Positions 9,625 through 19,853 of a stretch of 64,000 nt of DNA are shown one piece after another (the first letter of the stretch is position 1; each line of letters begins with the position of its first letter). The stretch covers positions 41,613 to 105,612 of the forward strand of contig UQWZ01000006.1 in the NCBI GenBank assembly GCA_900544895.1. Reading direction: 5' to 3'. The DNA is from an uncultured Collinsella sp. GTDB lineage: Bacteria; Actinomycetota; Coriobacteriia; Coriobacteriales; Coriobacteriaceae. The notes under the pieces are model-generated. The model saw only the letters and a list, made by a program, of their open reading frames with translations. It had not been told where the DNA came from and ran no database searches. Both the position numbers and the translations under genes were made by a program.

Positions 9625-10413
9625 ATGGCCAATATGACGAGCTCGGTTTCGGCATCGCAGGTTGCCGGTGAGTTGGCGAGCGCTACGTTTGAGGAGATCC
9701 CCGCCCTCGTGGAGCATTATCGCGAGGACCCGCGCCAGCAGGTGATCAAGGCTTGCGAGCGTGCTCTTAAGCGCCATGCCAAGGAACTTGCCGAGCGCGA
9801 GCGCGTCAATGACATGTACGAGCTTATGCATGAGCTTGGCGGCGATGGGGTAGTCGTTGGTGTCGACGAGGTGGGTCGCGGATCGGTGGCCGGTCCTTTG
9901 ACGGTATGCGCCGTCTGCCTTCCTATGGAGCCGCGCGTCTGGGGCATCAACGATTCCAAAAAGCTCACGCCGGCGCGCCGCGAGTTGCTCTCAGTGAAGA
10001 TTGCCGAGGTGGCGACGGCAATTGGTTTTTGCCATATCGCGCCTAAGGATATCGATGAGATGGGCATGGCCCGCGCCATTCGAGCCGCTGTCGCGGGCGC
10101 CGTGGCCGATACGGGGCTCGAGCCCGATTGCGTGCTTATGGACGGTAACCCCTTGGGCGCCGTTCCCAACGAGCGCGACGTGGTGAAGGGCGATGCCAAG
10201 ATCGCCTGTATCGCCGCGGCGTCCATCATGGCCAAGGTCACGCGTGATGAGATGATGGTCGAGTACGATGCCGAGTATCCCGAGTACCATTTGGCCGAAT
10301 CGAAAGGCTACGCAAGCCCCGAGCACATCGAGGCCATTCGCAAACATGGACTTTGTCCACTGCACCGCGTGAGCTTTTGCGGAAACTTTCTGCAGACTGA
10401 GCGCCTTTTCTAG
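9625..10413 (+). CDS. rnhB: ribonuclease HII
   Basis: Catalytic region GVDEVGRGSVAGPL and DSKKLT. The ATG at 9625 is preceded by AAGGAGG at 9611-9617; the ORF track starts at 9607. Confidence 0.9.
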   Translation: MANMTSSVSASQVAGELASATFEEIPALVEHYREDPRQQVIKACERALKRHAKELAERERVNDMYELMHELGGDGVVVGVDEVGRGSVAGPLTVCAVCLPMEPRVWGINDSKKLTPARRELLSVKIAEVATAIGFCHIAPKDIDEMGMARAIRAAVAGAVADTGLEPDCVLMDGNPLGAVPNERDVVKGDAKIACIAAASIMAKVTRDEMMVEYDAEYPEYHLAESKGYASPEHIEAIRKHGLCPLHRVSFCGNFLQTERLF

Positions 10414-10462
10414 GTCAATTGTGGAGACAGGGACCTCAGGGGTTTTATAAACCTGCTGGCAG

Positions 10463-10504
10463 CGGGCCGTATGCAACAGCATTGCTGCGTACGGCCCGTT
10501 TTTT
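10463..10504 (+). terminator. intrinsic terminator after rnhB
   Basis: CGGGCCGTA ... TACGGCCCG stem with further internal pairing, followed by TTTTTT. Confidence 0.7.
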
Positions 10505-10602
10505 GACGGCATTTGGTCAGCTTTTGGTTTGCTTCCGGTACTTACCCGCATGAAAGGTGCCCTCATCATCGGGGCAATGCAGTGTGCGGGAAAGGAGACC
10601 CC

Positions 10603-11088
10603 ATGAGTGCCGCAAGCAAAAAGAGCAAGACGCAGCAGCTCAAGGAGCGTTGGGAAAACGGCGAGCTCGACTGCGGGGCGATGACGCCCGAGTTTATCAA
10701 GGGACTCAGTCCCCGCGAGCTGGGCATGCTGGGCGAGCTGATCACCATCGACTACTTTAACGAGCGCGGCTACACCTTGCTGGAGCAGGGTTATCGTTGC
10801 ACCGAGGGCGAGGCCGATCTGGTGCTGCTCGATGAGCTCGACGATGTCGTGGTGATGGCCGAGGTCAAGACCAGACGCGTCGCACTGGATTGCAGCACGC
10901 GGGTCTTTCCCGAGGAGGCCGTGGACGCCCAAAAGCAACGCCGCTACCGCCGCATCGCAAGTTGCTATCTCATGGAGCATTATCCGCTCAAGGCGATTCG
11001 CTTCGATGCCGTGGGCGTCACCATTCGTGGCGGGCATATCGCCGAGATCGAGCATCAGTACAACGCGTTCGATTGGCAGGTGTCGTGA
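10603..11088 (+). CDS. YraN family (UPF0102) endonuclease-like protein
   Basis: Core GE.D.V and EVKTR motifs (CTEGEADLVLLDELDDVVVMAEVKTRR). The ATG at 10603 has an AAGGAG RBS. The stop overlaps the next start (GTGATG). Confidence 0.8.
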   Translation: MSAASKKSKTQQLKERWENGELDCGAMTPEFIKGLSPRELGMLGELITIDYFNERGYTLLEQGYRCTEGEADLVLLDELDDVVVMAEVKTRRVALDCSTRVFPEEAVDAQKQRRYRRIASCYLMEHYPLKAIRFDAVGVTIRGGHIAEIEHQYNAFDWQVS

Positions 11089-12611
11089 TGGCGTTCGAGA
11101 CGTTTGCCGTTCACGCGGCCTGCATCCGTGGCGTCGAGGCGATTCACGTCACGGTCGAGGTCTCGCTTGCCGGTGGTGTTCCGGGCATCCAAATGCTCGG
11201 CATTCCGAGTATGGAGGTGATGGAGTCACGCGGTCGTATTCGCTGCGCGATGCGCTCCGCCGGGTTCGAGATCCCACGCTCGGGCATTACGGTCAACCTA
11301 GCGCCCGGCGATATTCGCAAGACCGGTAGCGGCTTTGATCTGCCCATCGCCATCGCGGTTCTGGCGGCCGATGGGCAGATTCCCCGTGACAACCTCGATC
11401 GCTGCCTTATCGCCGGCGAGCTCGGCTTGGACGGTACGGTGCTTCCCGTCAAGGGCGAGGTGGCGTTTCAGCTATTGGCACGTGATATGGGGCTGTCCTT
11501 TATCGCCGGCAGGTCCGATCAGCATGTTCCGCTTGCGGGCGTGGATTGCGGATTTATCGATCATTTGTCTCAGCTTGCCCATGGCATGGGCGATGCCGCG
11601 CGGCACTACTTGGATTCTGAAGTGCTCGAGGCGACCTTTGAGCCCGAGCTCGACTATGCCGACGTGCTAGGGCAGGAGGTTGCCAAACGCGGCATGGCGC
11701 TTGCGGCGGCAGGAGAACTCGGTTTGCTTATGATCGGGTCCCCGGGATCGGGCAAGACGATGCTCGCGCGTCGTATGACCGGCATCCTGCCCGAGCTTTC
11801 CGTTGAGGATCAACAGGAGGCGCTGTGCATCCATTCGGTTTTGGGTGAGAACATTGATGGCTTGTTGGCGGGGCACCGGCCCTTCCGCAGCCCCCATCAC
11901 AGTATTTCGACCGCAGGTCTTATCGGCGGTGGGCGCCCGGTGCACCCGGGTGAGATCAGCCTTGCTCATGGCGGCGTGCTATTTTTGGACGAGCTTGCCG
12001 AGTTTCCCACGGGTGTGCTGCAGACGCTGCGTCAGCCCATCGAACGCGGCTATGTGAGGATCGTGCGCGTCGACGGGGCCTTTACCTTCCCGTCGCGCTT
12101 TCAGCTGCTGGCTGCGAGCAATCCCTGCCCCTGCGGTTTTTTGGGCGATCGCGAGGTACCGTGTCGCTGCTCGGCGGCGATGGTCGAGCGCTATCGGTCT
12201 AAACTGCGCGGTCCTTTGGCCGACCGTATCGACATGATGATCGATGTGACCCGTCCCGACCCCCAAGTGATTATCGAGGGTGCGGAGGGTATGTCGTCTG
12301 CCGAGTTACGTGACTACGTTGTGCGCGGTCGCGCTTTTCGCGCCTGGCGCGAATCCCGTATGGACGATGCGGATGCCGAGGCCGAGGATGACGAGACACG
12401 GTCCATTGACGGCGTCGTTTCGACCTTTAAGCTCGATGATGCGGCGGAGAAGTGTGTGCTCGGCCTGTCGAAGCGCACACATCTCACGGGTCGCGGCATC
12501 GTGCGACTGGTGCGTATCGCGCGTACAATCGCCGACGTCGCCGAGAGCGAGCAGGTGACGCAGGACCACGTGCTCGAGGCAGCGATGTACCAGGGAAGGA
12601 GGGACCAATGA
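11088..12611 (+). CDS. comM: YifB/ComM family Mg-chelatase-like AAA+ ATPase
   Basis: Lon-protease-like N-terminal domain (GFDLPIAIAVLAA), Walker A GSPGSGKT, and a C-terminal Mg-chelatase domain. The start is coupled to the yraN stop. Confidence 0.9.
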   Translation: MAFETFAVHAACIRGVEAIHVTVEVSLAGGVPGIQMLGIPSMEVMESRGRIRCAMRSAGFEIPRSGITVNLAPGDIRKTGSGFDLPIAIAVLAADGQIPRDNLDRCLIAGELGLDGTVLPVKGEVAFQLLARDMGLSFIAGRSDQHVPLAGVDCGFIDHLSQLAHGMGDAARHYLDSEVLEATFEPELDYADVLGQEVAKRGMALAAAGELGLLMIGSPGSGKTMLARRMTGILPELSVEDQQEALCIHSVLGENIDGLLAGHRPFRSPHHSISTAGLIGGGRPVHPGEISLAHGGVLFLDELAEFPTGVLQTLRQPIERGYVRIVRVDGAFTFPSRFQLLAASNPCPCGFLGDREVPCRCSAAMVERYRSKLRGPLADRIDMMIDVTRPDPQVIIEGAEGMSSAELRDYVVRGRAFRAWRESRMDDADAEAEDDETRSIDGVVSTFKLDDAAEKCVLGLSKRTHLTGRGIVRLVRIARTIADVAESEQVTQDHVLEAAMYQGRRDQ

Positions 12612-13543
12612 TGGCCGAGGGGACCTACGAGCTGCATCCAGGTGATGCGTTGTATCCCGAGACCGTTTTGGAGCTTTCTGATGTACCCCAGACGCTCTAT
12701 GTGCGCGGCAACCCCGAGGTGCTTTCGACGCCCGCGCTCTCCATCATCGGCGCGCGCAAGGCCTCGCCGTATGGTCTTGCCGTGGCAGAGCTTGCGGCAA
12801 AGGTGGCGGTCGAGGCGGGAGTGACGGTAGTTTCGGGCGGCGCGGTCGGTTGTGACCAGGCCTCGGGTTGGGCTGCGGTCAACGCCGGCGGCAAACACGT
12901 CGTGGTGCTGGGGACGGGCGCCGACGTGGTCTACCCGCGTTCGAGCGCGGGGCTTATTATGCGCACGCTCGATACGGGTGGCGCGGTCGTGTCGATCTCT
13001 CCGTGGGGCATGGGTCCGCGCAAGTTTGCCTTTCCGCGCCGCAATCGCGTGATCGCGGCCCTGTCGCAAGCCCTCTTTGTATCCGAGGCGGGTATGCCTT
13101 CCGGGACGTTTTCTACAGCCGAGGCTGCTATGGATTTGGGGCGCGAACTTCTTGTCGTGCCGGGGTCGATCCTATCGCCCGAGTCGCGTGGCACGAATTA
13201 CCTCATTGCGAACGGTGCTTGCTGCATCATCGACGAGGAATCTATCGAGATGGCTATCTCACGCATCTACGGCACCCTGCGCTACTCGCGCCCCGATGCT
13301 CCCGGCATTGCCGACCTGGATCAAACACAGCAGACCGTGATGCATGCGCTCATCGCCTCTCCGCTCAAGGTCGACGACATCGCGGCGCTCGTCTCGCTCG
13401 ATGCCGTCGGCGTACTCAAACTCCTGGGTTCGCTTGAGCTCGAGGGTCTTATCGAGCGCATGATGGATGGAAGGTATGCGCCCTCCAAGTTTGCCCTTCA
13501 CGCTCAGACACCCTTCGGTCACAATGGAAAACATGTCAATTAG
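12608..13543 (+). CDS. dprA: DNA-processing protein DprA
   Basis: Rossmann-like DprA core (IIGARKASPYG, VVSGGAVGCD, FPRRNRVIAALS). The ATG at 12608 overlaps the comM stop by 4 nt. Confidence 0.9.
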   Translation: MMAEGTYELHPGDALYPETVLELSDVPQTLYVRGNPEVLSTPALSIIGARKASPYGLAVAELAAKVAVEAGVTVVSGGAVGCDQASGWAAVNAGGKHVVVLGTGADVVYPRSSAGLIMRTLDTGGAVVSISPWGMGPRKFAFPRRNRVIAALSQALFVSEAGMPSGTFSTAEAAMDLGRELLVVPGSILSPESRGTNYLIANGACCIIDEESIEMAISRIYGTLRYSRPDAPGIADLDQTQQTVMHALIASPLKVDDIAALVSLDAVGVLKLLGSLELEGLIERMMDGRYAPSKFALHAQTPFGHNGKHVN

Positions 13544-13557
13544 AAAGGTGTTTGCAG

Positions 13558-14895
13558 ATGCTGTTTGATCAGGTGACGGTTATCGGTGGCGGTCTGGCGG
13601 GTTCGGAGTGCGCGATTCAGCTGGCAGATCGCGGGTTCGCCGTAAGGCTGTGCGAGATGCGCCCCCAGGTTAGCTCCCCGGCCCACCATACCGATCACCT
13701 GGCAGAGCTCGTCTGTTCCAATTCGTTTAAGTCGACCCGTCCGGATTCCGCGGCTGGATTGCTGAAGGCCGAGCTTGAGCGCATGGGTTCAGTCCTGCTC
13801 GATTGCGCCCATCGCGCGGCTGTTCCCGCCGGTGGCGCCTTGGCGGTCGACCGCGTCAAGTTTTCCGAGTTTGTCGAGGCCGAGGTTGCCGCCCGTCCCA
13901 ATATCGAGATCATTCACGGCGAGGTCACGCAGATTCCCGAAGGTCACGTGGTCATTGCCGCCGGCCCCTTGTGCTCGCCGGCGCTGAGCGAAGAGGTCAT
14001 GAAGCTCGTCGGTGGCGACGCCCTTGCGTTCTTCGATGCCGCGGCGCCGATCGTCGATGCCTCCACGCTCGATATGGACGTGCTGTTTTCGCAGTCGCGC
14101 TACGAGGAGCAGGGGAGCGGCGACTATCTCAACGCTCCGCTCAATAAGGAGGAGTACGAGGCCTTTATCGAGGCGCTTACCACGGCCGACCGCGTGGTGC
14201 TCAAGGACTTTGAGGGCGGCGATCTGTTCCAGGCCTGCCAGCCTGCCGAGGAAGTTGCGCGCACCGGCAAGGACGCCATTCGCTTTGGCGCCATGAAGCC
14301 TGTCGGCCTCACCGATCCGCGAACCGGTCGTCGTCCCTGGGCGGCGATTCAGCTGCGTGCCGAGAATAAGGAGAAGACCGCCTATAACCTGGTGGGCTTC
14401 CAGACCAACTTGACCTTTGGCGAGCAGAAGCGCGTCTTCCATATGGTGCCGGGCCTGGAGAACGCTGAGTTCTTCCGCTACGGTGTCATGCACCGTAATA
14501 CCTTTGTCGACGCCCCGCACGTGCTCGATGGCACCTTTGCCGTGCCCGGCACCGGCGTGCGCCTGGCCGGTCAGATCACCGGCACCGAGGGGTACATGGA
14601 AGCCGTGGCGACGGGTCTGCTCGCGGCGCTCAACACCTATGCCGAGGCTATCGGGGCCGCGGGCGTCGAGCTGCCGCGTGTGGGCGCCCTGGGTGCGCTC
14701 GTGGGCTATGCGACCGATCCTGCCACCGTGGGCTATCAGCCTATGCATGTCAACTTTGGCCTGGTGCCGCCACTCGAGGATGGTAAGCGCCGCAGCAAGC
14801 GCGACCGCTACCAGGCCTATGCGGACCGTGCGCTCGAGGCCCTTGATGCCTATCTGGCCACTCGCCCCGATTTGTTTGGAGGCGACCGGTCATAG
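13558..14895 (+). CDS. trmFO: methylenetetrahydrofolate--tRNA-(uracil54-C5)-methyltransferase TrmFO
   Basis: FAD-binding VIGGGLAGSE and TrmFO/Gid-like sequence throughout. ATG at 13558 (the ORF-track TTG at 13552 is also possible). Confidence 0.9.
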   Translation: MLFDQVTVIGGGLAGSECAIQLADRGFAVRLCEMRPQVSSPAHHTDHLAELVCSNSFKSTRPDSAAGLLKAELERMGSVLLDCAHRAAVPAGGALAVDRVKFSEFVEAEVAARPNIEIIHGEVTQIPEGHVVIAAGPLCSPALSEEVMKLVGGDALAFFDAAAPIVDASTLDMDVLFSQSRYEEQGSGDYLNAPLNKEEYEAFIEALTTADRVVLKDFEGGDLFQACQPAEEVARTGKDAIRFGAMKPVGLTDPRTGRRPWAAIQLRAENKEKTAYNLVGFQTNLTFGEQKRVFHMVPGLENAEFFRYGVMHRNTFVDAPHVLDGTFAVPGTGVRLAGQITGTEGYMEAVATGLLAALNTYAEAIGAAGVELPRVGALGALVGYATDPATVGYQPMHVNFGLVPPLEDGKRRSKRDRYQAYADRALEALDAYLATRPDLFGGDRS

Positions 14896-14969
14896 CCTTT
14901 GACCTGTACGACACCGTCGACTCGTTTATCGCCTATATCTCACGTGTCGAGGGACTTTCTCCCAACACG

Positions 14970-15812
14970 GTGACGGCCTATGGCTCGAGGCTGGAGCGTT
15001 TTGCTGCCTGGTGCGAGCGTGAGGATATAGATGCTTTCGCTGCCGACGTGCGCACCATTCGTCGCTATCTTGCCGAACTTTCGCGTGAGCAGGTGGCTCC
15101 CCGAACGCTTGCGGCACACCTGTCTGCCATTCGCTCGCTCTATCGGTGGATGGCTGCCGAGGGGGTCGTGGAGGGCGATGTGGTCTCGGCAATTTCCTCG
15201 CCCAAGCTCCCGCGCGATCTACCCGGTGTGCTGACGACCCAACAGGTGGAGGCGCTGCTCAAGACGCCTGATACCTCAACACCCGCGGGACTGCGCGATG
15301 CGGCGATGCTCGAGCTGCTCTATGCCTCGGGCGCCCGTATCTCTGAGCTCGCAGCACTCAATGTGGAGTCCATTGTGTGGTCCGAACGCACGCTGCGCCT
15401 GTGGGGCAAGGGGAGCAAAGAACGTATCGTCCCTCTGTATCGTCGCGCGCTCGAGGCGACGCGTCTCTATATTGAGGAGGGGCGGCCGGAGTTGCTCGCT
15501 CAGGCAAAGCGCCGCGAAGCCGCAGCCGGCCTGCATCCGCTGTTTATTTCTGCTCGCGGCAATCGCATGAGTGCCGCTATGCTCAGACGACGGTTCCATA
15601 TGCTGGCGACGCTCGCCGGTATCCCTGCCGACATTGCCCCGCATGCGATGCGCCATACCTTTGCGACCGACTTGCTCGAGGGCGGTGCGGACCTGCGCTC
15701 GGTTCAAGAGCTGCTGGGTCATGCGAGCCTGTCCACGACGCAGATCTACACGCATCTCACACCCGATCGGCTCAAACGTGCCGTGGCTCAAGCCCATCCC
15801 CGCGGCGAATAG
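14970..15812 (+). CDS. xerC: tyrosine recombinase XerC/XerD family
   Basis: C-terminal catalytic residues (ARISEL, HAMRHTFATDLL, LGHASLSTTQIYTH). The first canonical start is GTG at 14970, but N-terminal domain homology continues upstream in frame to about 14898 (see finding), so the true start is unresolved. Confidence 0.85.
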   Translation: MTAYGSRLERFAAWCEREDIDAFAADVRTIRRYLAELSREQVAPRTLAAHLSAIRSLYRWMAAEGVVEGDVVSAISSPKLPRDLPGVLTTQQVEALLKTPDTSTPAGLRDAAMLELLYASGARISELAALNVESIVWSERTLRLWGKGSKERIVPLYRRALEATRLYIEEGRPELLAQAKRREAAAGLHPLFISARGNRMSAAMLRRRFHMLATLAGIPADIAPHAMRHTFATDLLEGGADLRSVQELLGHASLSTTQIYTHLTPDRLKRAVAQAHPRGE

Positions 15813-16031
15813 TGGCTGGGACGTCCCGCGCCGCACTCAGGTGTGTGGTTTTGATTGCGGGTTGGCAGGAAGATGCATTCCTGCTATCATTCATCGGGTT
15901 GCTTCACGGCAACATGTTTTTATCACGCACGCGCGGCTACTTCATACCGTGGTGCCCGGGCTTTGGTAGCACATGTCCGGGTTGGTTTTGGAGGATGACC
16001 CCGCGCGGAGGCAAACCACAGGAGGTTTAAC

Positions 16032-16760
16032 ATGGCTACCAAGATTAATATCCGCACCCTGCTCGAGGCCGGCTGCCACTTCGGTCACCAGACCCGTCGC
16101 TGGAACCCCAAGATGAAGCCGTTCATCTTCGGTGAGCGCAACGGCATCTACATCCTCGACCTCAAGCAGACCATCCTCGACGCCGACCAGGCCTACACCT
16201 TCGTCAAGAACGTCGCCAAGGGTGGCAACGTGCTGTTTGTCGGCACCAAGAAGCAGGCTCAGGAGGCCGTCAAGAACGCTGCTGAGCGCGCCAACATGCC
16301 TTACATCAACCAGCGTTGGCTCGGCGGCATGCTGACCAACTTCGTCACCATCCGCTCCCGCATTAACCGCATGGAGGAGCTCGAGGCTATGGTCGAGGAC
16401 GGCCGCATGGCTGTTCTGCCCAAGAAGGAGCAGGCTGTGCTCGGCAAGGAGCTCACCAAGCTCCAGACCAACCTCGGTGGCGCCCGCGACATGAAGGGTC
16501 TGCCCCAGGCTCTCTTCGTCATCGACACCAAGCGCGAGGAGAACGCCATCAAGGAGGCCCAGCGCCTGAACATCCCCGTCGTCGCTCTGATCGACACCAA
16601 CTCCGATCCCGACGAGGTCGAGTACGGCATCCCCTGCAACGATGACGCTATCTCCGCTGTCACCCTTATGTGCGAGCTCATGGCTGACGCCTGCCTCGCT
16701 GGCTCCGGCAAGGAGCAGGTCTCCGAGGCCGAGATGGCCGCTGAGCCCAAGGCCGAGTAA
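16032..16760 (+). CDS. rpsB: 30S ribosomal protein S2
   Basis: 242 aa, typical S2 ([19 protein letters not shown]). Confidence 0.97.
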   Translation: MATKINIRTLLEAGCHFGHQTRRWNPKMKPFIFGERNGIYILDLKQTILDADQAYTFVKNVAKGGNVLFVGTKKQAQEAVKNAAERANMPYINQRWLGGMLTNFVTIRSRINRMEELEAMVEDGRMAVLPKKEQAVLGKELTKLQTNLGGARDMKGLPQALFVIDTKREENAIKEAQRLNIPVVALIDTNSDPDEVEYGIPCNDDAISAVTLMCELMADACLAGSGKEQVSEAEMAAEPKAE

Positions 16761-16805
16761 ATCAGTCTTAGTTAATTCTTTTTCATCTCTTTGAAAGGAA
16801 CCACA

Positions 16806-17675
16806 ATGGCCCAGATTACCGCCGCTATGGTCAAGCAGCTCCGCGAGATGACCGACTCCCCGATGATGGAGTGCAAGAAGGCTCTCGTCGAGGCTGACGG
16901 CGACATGGACGCCGCTGTCGACGTTCTGCGTAAGAACGGCCTTGCCAAGGCTGCCAAGAAGGCTGGCCGTGAGACCAACGAGGGCGCTGTCGCCGCGTTC
17001 GTCTCCGAGGATGGCAAGACCGGCGCTCTGCTCGAGCTCTCCTGCGAGACCGACTTCGTTGGCTCCAACGCCAAGTTCACCGGCTTTGCTTCCAAGGTCG
17101 CTGAGGTTGTCGCCACCACCGAGCCGGCCGATGTCGACGCTCTGCTCGAGAAGCCGATGGGCGAGGAGACCGTTTCCTCCGAGCTCACCGAGATGATTCA
17201 CATCATGGGCGAGAACATGAAGATCTCCCGCTTCGCTGCCCGCAAGGCTGAGAACGGCGCGCTCGCTTCTTACATCCACATGGGTGGTAAGATCGGCGTC
17301 CTCGTCGAGTTCGCCTTCGAGAAGGCCGAGACCGCTCAGGCTGAGTCCTTCAAGACCTTCGCTCACGACGTTGCCCTTCAGGTTGCCGCCGTCGCCCCGA
17401 TCTGCGCTACCCGCGATCAGGTTCCGGCCGAGACCGTCGAGCACGAGAAGCAGATTTACATGGCCCAGGCTGCCGAGTCCGGCAAGCCCGAGGCTATCCA
17501 GGAGAAGATGGCTGTCGGCCGTCTGGAGAAGTTCTACAAGCAGTCCGTGCTCACCGAGCAGGAGTTCATTAAGGACAGCTCCCTCACCATCAAGAAGTAC
17601 GCTGAGCAGGTCTCCAAGGAGCTCGGCGACACCATTACCGTCGTTGCCTTTGACCGTCTGGTCCGTGGCGAGTAA
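16806..17675 (+). CDS. tsf: translation elongation factor Ts
   Basis: MAQITAAMVKQLREMTDSPMMECKKAL is a classic EF-Ts N-terminus. ATG at 16806 with an AAAGGA RBS. Confidence 0.95.
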   Translation: MAQITAAMVKQLREMTDSPMMECKKALVEADGDMDAAVDVLRKNGLAKAAKKAGRETNEGAVAAFVSEDGKTGALLELSCETDFVGSNAKFTGFASKVAEVVATTEPADVDALLEKPMGEETVSSELTEMIHIMGENMKISRFAARKAENGALASYIHMGGKIGVLVEFAFEKAETAQAESFKTFAHDVALQVAAVAPICATRDQVPAETVEHEKQIYMAQAAESGKPEAIQEKMAVGRLEKFYKQSVLTEQEFIKDSSLTIKKYAEQVSKELGDTITVVAFDRLVRGE

Positions 17676-17698
17676 ATAAGCTCTTGTAGCTGGTAATG

Positions 17699-17733
17699 AG
17701 CAGGCTGTGGGTTTTACTCACAGCCTGCTTTTT
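17699..17733 (+). terminator. intrinsic terminator after tsf
   Basis: AGCAGGCTGTG / CACAGCCTGCT 11-bp stem followed by TTTTT. Confidence 0.8.
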
Positions 17734-17793
17734 CATGGCTCTTCTTAGAGCCTTTGATAGAATGTTGAGAGTTCAATCTAAAGGAGGATCGCT

Positions 17794-18516
17794 TTGTCCG
17801 ACATCCGATATAAACGCGTGCTTCTTAAGCTTTCCGGCGAAGCGCTGATGGGCGACGGCCAATATGGCATCGACCCCAAGGTTACCGACCATCTTGCTAA
17901 GCAGGTCAAGGAGCTGCTCGCCGTTGGCCATGAGGTCGGCGTCGTTGTCGGCGGCGGCAATATTTTCCGCGGCATGGCAGGCGCTGCCGGTGGCATGGAG
18001 CGTGCTCAGGCCGACTACATGGGCATGCTGGCAACCGTGATGAACGCGCTCGCCCTGCAGGATGCCTTCGAGCATAACGATGTTCCCTGCCGCGTGATGA
18101 GCGCTATCCAGATGAACGAGATCTGCGAGCCCTATATTCGCCGTCGCGCCATCAACCACCTTTCCAAGGGCAACGTCGTTATTTTTGCCGCCGGCTCGGG
18201 CAATCCGTACTTTACGACCGACACCGCCGCTGCTCTTCGTGCGTGCGAGATCGGCGCCGAGATTCTGATTAAAGCCACCAAGGTTGATGGCATTTACGAC
18301 AAGGATCCCGTCAAGTGCGCCGATGCCGTCCGTTTTGACAAGATTACCTATCACGAGGTACTCGTCCGCGGTCTGCAGGTTATGGATTCCACGGCTACGG
18401 CATTGTGCCAGGATAACCGTATGCCGATTTTGGTCCTCAACATCGATGGCGAGGACACCGTCAAGCGCGCGCTTTCGGGTGAGCCCGTCGGCACGCTCGT
18501 CTATCAGGAGGATTAA
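17794..18516 (+). CDS. pyrH: UMP kinase
   Basis: 240 aa with [12 protein letters not shown] and [11 protein letters not shown] start 6 nt after AAGGAGG. Confidence 0.95.
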   Translation: MSDIRYKRVLLKLSGEALMGDGQYGIDPKVTDHLAKQVKELLAVGHEVGVVVGGGNIFRGMAGAAGGMERAQADYMGMLATVMNALALQDAFEHNDVPCRVMSAIQMNEICEPYIRRRAINHLSKGNVVIFAAGSGNPYFTTDTAAALRACEIGAEILIKATKVDGIYDKDPVKCADAVRFDKITYHEVLVRGLQVMDSTATALCQDNRMPILVLNIDGEDTVKRALSGEPVGTLVYQED

Positions 18517-18518
18517 GC

Positions 18519-19055
18519 ATGGCAGAGAACATCACCGCCCACATGGACAAGTCGCTCGAGTCCCTCAAGCATAACTTCTCCAAGGTCCGTACCGGCCGAG
18601 CCAACGCTAACATTCTGTCCGACATCACCGTCGATTATTACGGTGTTCCCACGCCGGTCACGCAGGTGGCCGCCGTAAAGACCCCCGAGGCCCACATGCT
18701 GCTCATCGAGCCGTGGGACAAGGCGCTCATCAACGCTATCGTCAAGGCCATCGGCGCTTCCGATTTGGGTATTACCCCCAACTCCGATGGCACCGTCGTT
18801 CGTCTGCCGTTCCCGGCTCCCACCGAGGAGCGCCGTCGCGAGCTCGTCAAGGAGTGCCGCGAGTACGCAGAGCAGGCCAAGGTGTCTATCCGTAACATCC
18901 GTCGCGACTTCAACAACAAGCTCGAGCGCGATGAGGAGCTCACCGAGGACGATGTCCGTCGCGAGCAGGCCAAGGTCCAGAAGCACACCGATGAGTATGT
19001 CGCCAAGGTCGAGGAGCTTCTGAAGGAAAAAGAAGCCGAGGTCATGGAGATCTAA
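18519..19055 (+). CDS. frr: ribosome recycling factor
   Basis: 178 aa, typical RRF (RTGRANANIL, IRNIRRD). Confidence 0.95.
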   Translation: MAENITAHMDKSLESLKHNFSKVRTGRANANILSDITVDYYGVPTPVTQVAAVKTPEAHMLLIEPWDKALINAIVKAIGASDLGITPNSDGTVVRLPFPAPTEERRRELVKECREYAEQAKVSIRNIRRDFNNKLERDEELTEDDVRREQAKVQKHTDEYVAKVEELLKEKEAEVMEI

Positions 19056-19056
19056 G

Positions 19057-19851
19057 GTGCAATACGACGAGCATAAACTGGTCGAGTACTTTGCCGACGC
19101 CCCTGCGGGCGTCGGTTTTTCCGACCTTGACCTCAATAACATTCCGCACCATATCTCGTGCATCATGGACGGCAACGGTCGTTGGGCTACGTCGCGCGGT
19201 CTTGCACGCACCGAGGGCCACAAGGCGGGTATTGTCTCCCTTCGCGAGATCATTACCGCCTGCGTGCGCCTGGGCGTCGACGTGCTTTCGGCCTATGCGT
19301 TTTCTACCGAAAATTGGAACCGCCCGCAGCATGAGGTCAACGTCTTGATGCATCTGTTTGCTAAGACGTTCATCGACGAGCTGCCGCTTCTGAAGCGCGA
19401 AAACGTGCGTGTTGTCTTTTTGGGTGACATTTCCGCGCTGCCCAAGAAGACCCGCGACGTTTTTGAACGCGGTCTTGCCGAGTGCGCCGATCACACCGGT
19501 ATGACGCTGGCGCTTGCCGTCAACTACGGCGCGCGTGCCGAGATTACCCGCGCTGTCCGTCAGATCGCATTCGACGCTGCCGCCGGTAAGATCGATCCTG
19601 CCGCAATTGATGACGACATGGTGGCTTCCCACCTCTATACCGCTGGCCTTCCCGATCCTGAGCTTGTGATTCGCACTTCTGGTGAGCTGCGCCTTTCGAA
19701 CTATCTGCTGTGGCAGGTGGCTTATTCCGAATTCTACGTCACCGATACCTATTGGCCCGACTTTGATCGTTGGGGCCTTGTCGACGCCATTTTGGCCTAT
19801 CAGGGCCGTGACCGTAGGTTTGGTGGACTGAGCAAGACCGAGGAGGCTTAA
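19057..19851 (+). CDS. uppS: isoprenyl transferase (undecaprenyl-diphosphate synthase)
   Basis: IMDGNGRWA and RTSGE.RLSN.LLWQ motifs. GTG start. Confidence 0.93.
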   Translation: MQYDEHKLVEYFADAPAGVGFSDLDLNNIPHHISCIMDGNGRWATSRGLARTEGHKAGIVSLREIITACVRLGVDVLSAYAFSTENWNRPQHEVNVLMHLFAKTFIDELPLLKRENVRVVFLGDISALPKKTRDVFERGLAECADHTGMTLALAVNYGARAEITRAVRQIAFDAAAGKIDPAAIDDDMVASHLYTAGLPDPELVIRTSGELRLSNYLLWQVAYSEFYVTDTYWPDFDRWGLVDAILAYQGRDRRFGGLSKTEEA

Positions 19852-19853
19852 TC

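Noticed and set aside
10890-12611. ORF-track N-terminal extensions that overlap the preceding gene. Examples: comM from 10890, dprA from 12452, pyrC from 32344, pyrD from 34382, phoH from 51384, ispG from 23254, yraN from 10513, rpsO from 55256, lepB from 1284.
   Set aside because: In each case an internal ATG/GTG/TTG sits right after the upstream stop. It has an RBS and/or matches the family's usual N-terminus. The extended parts are Arg/Pro/Ala-rich read-through of the neighbouring gene in another frame.
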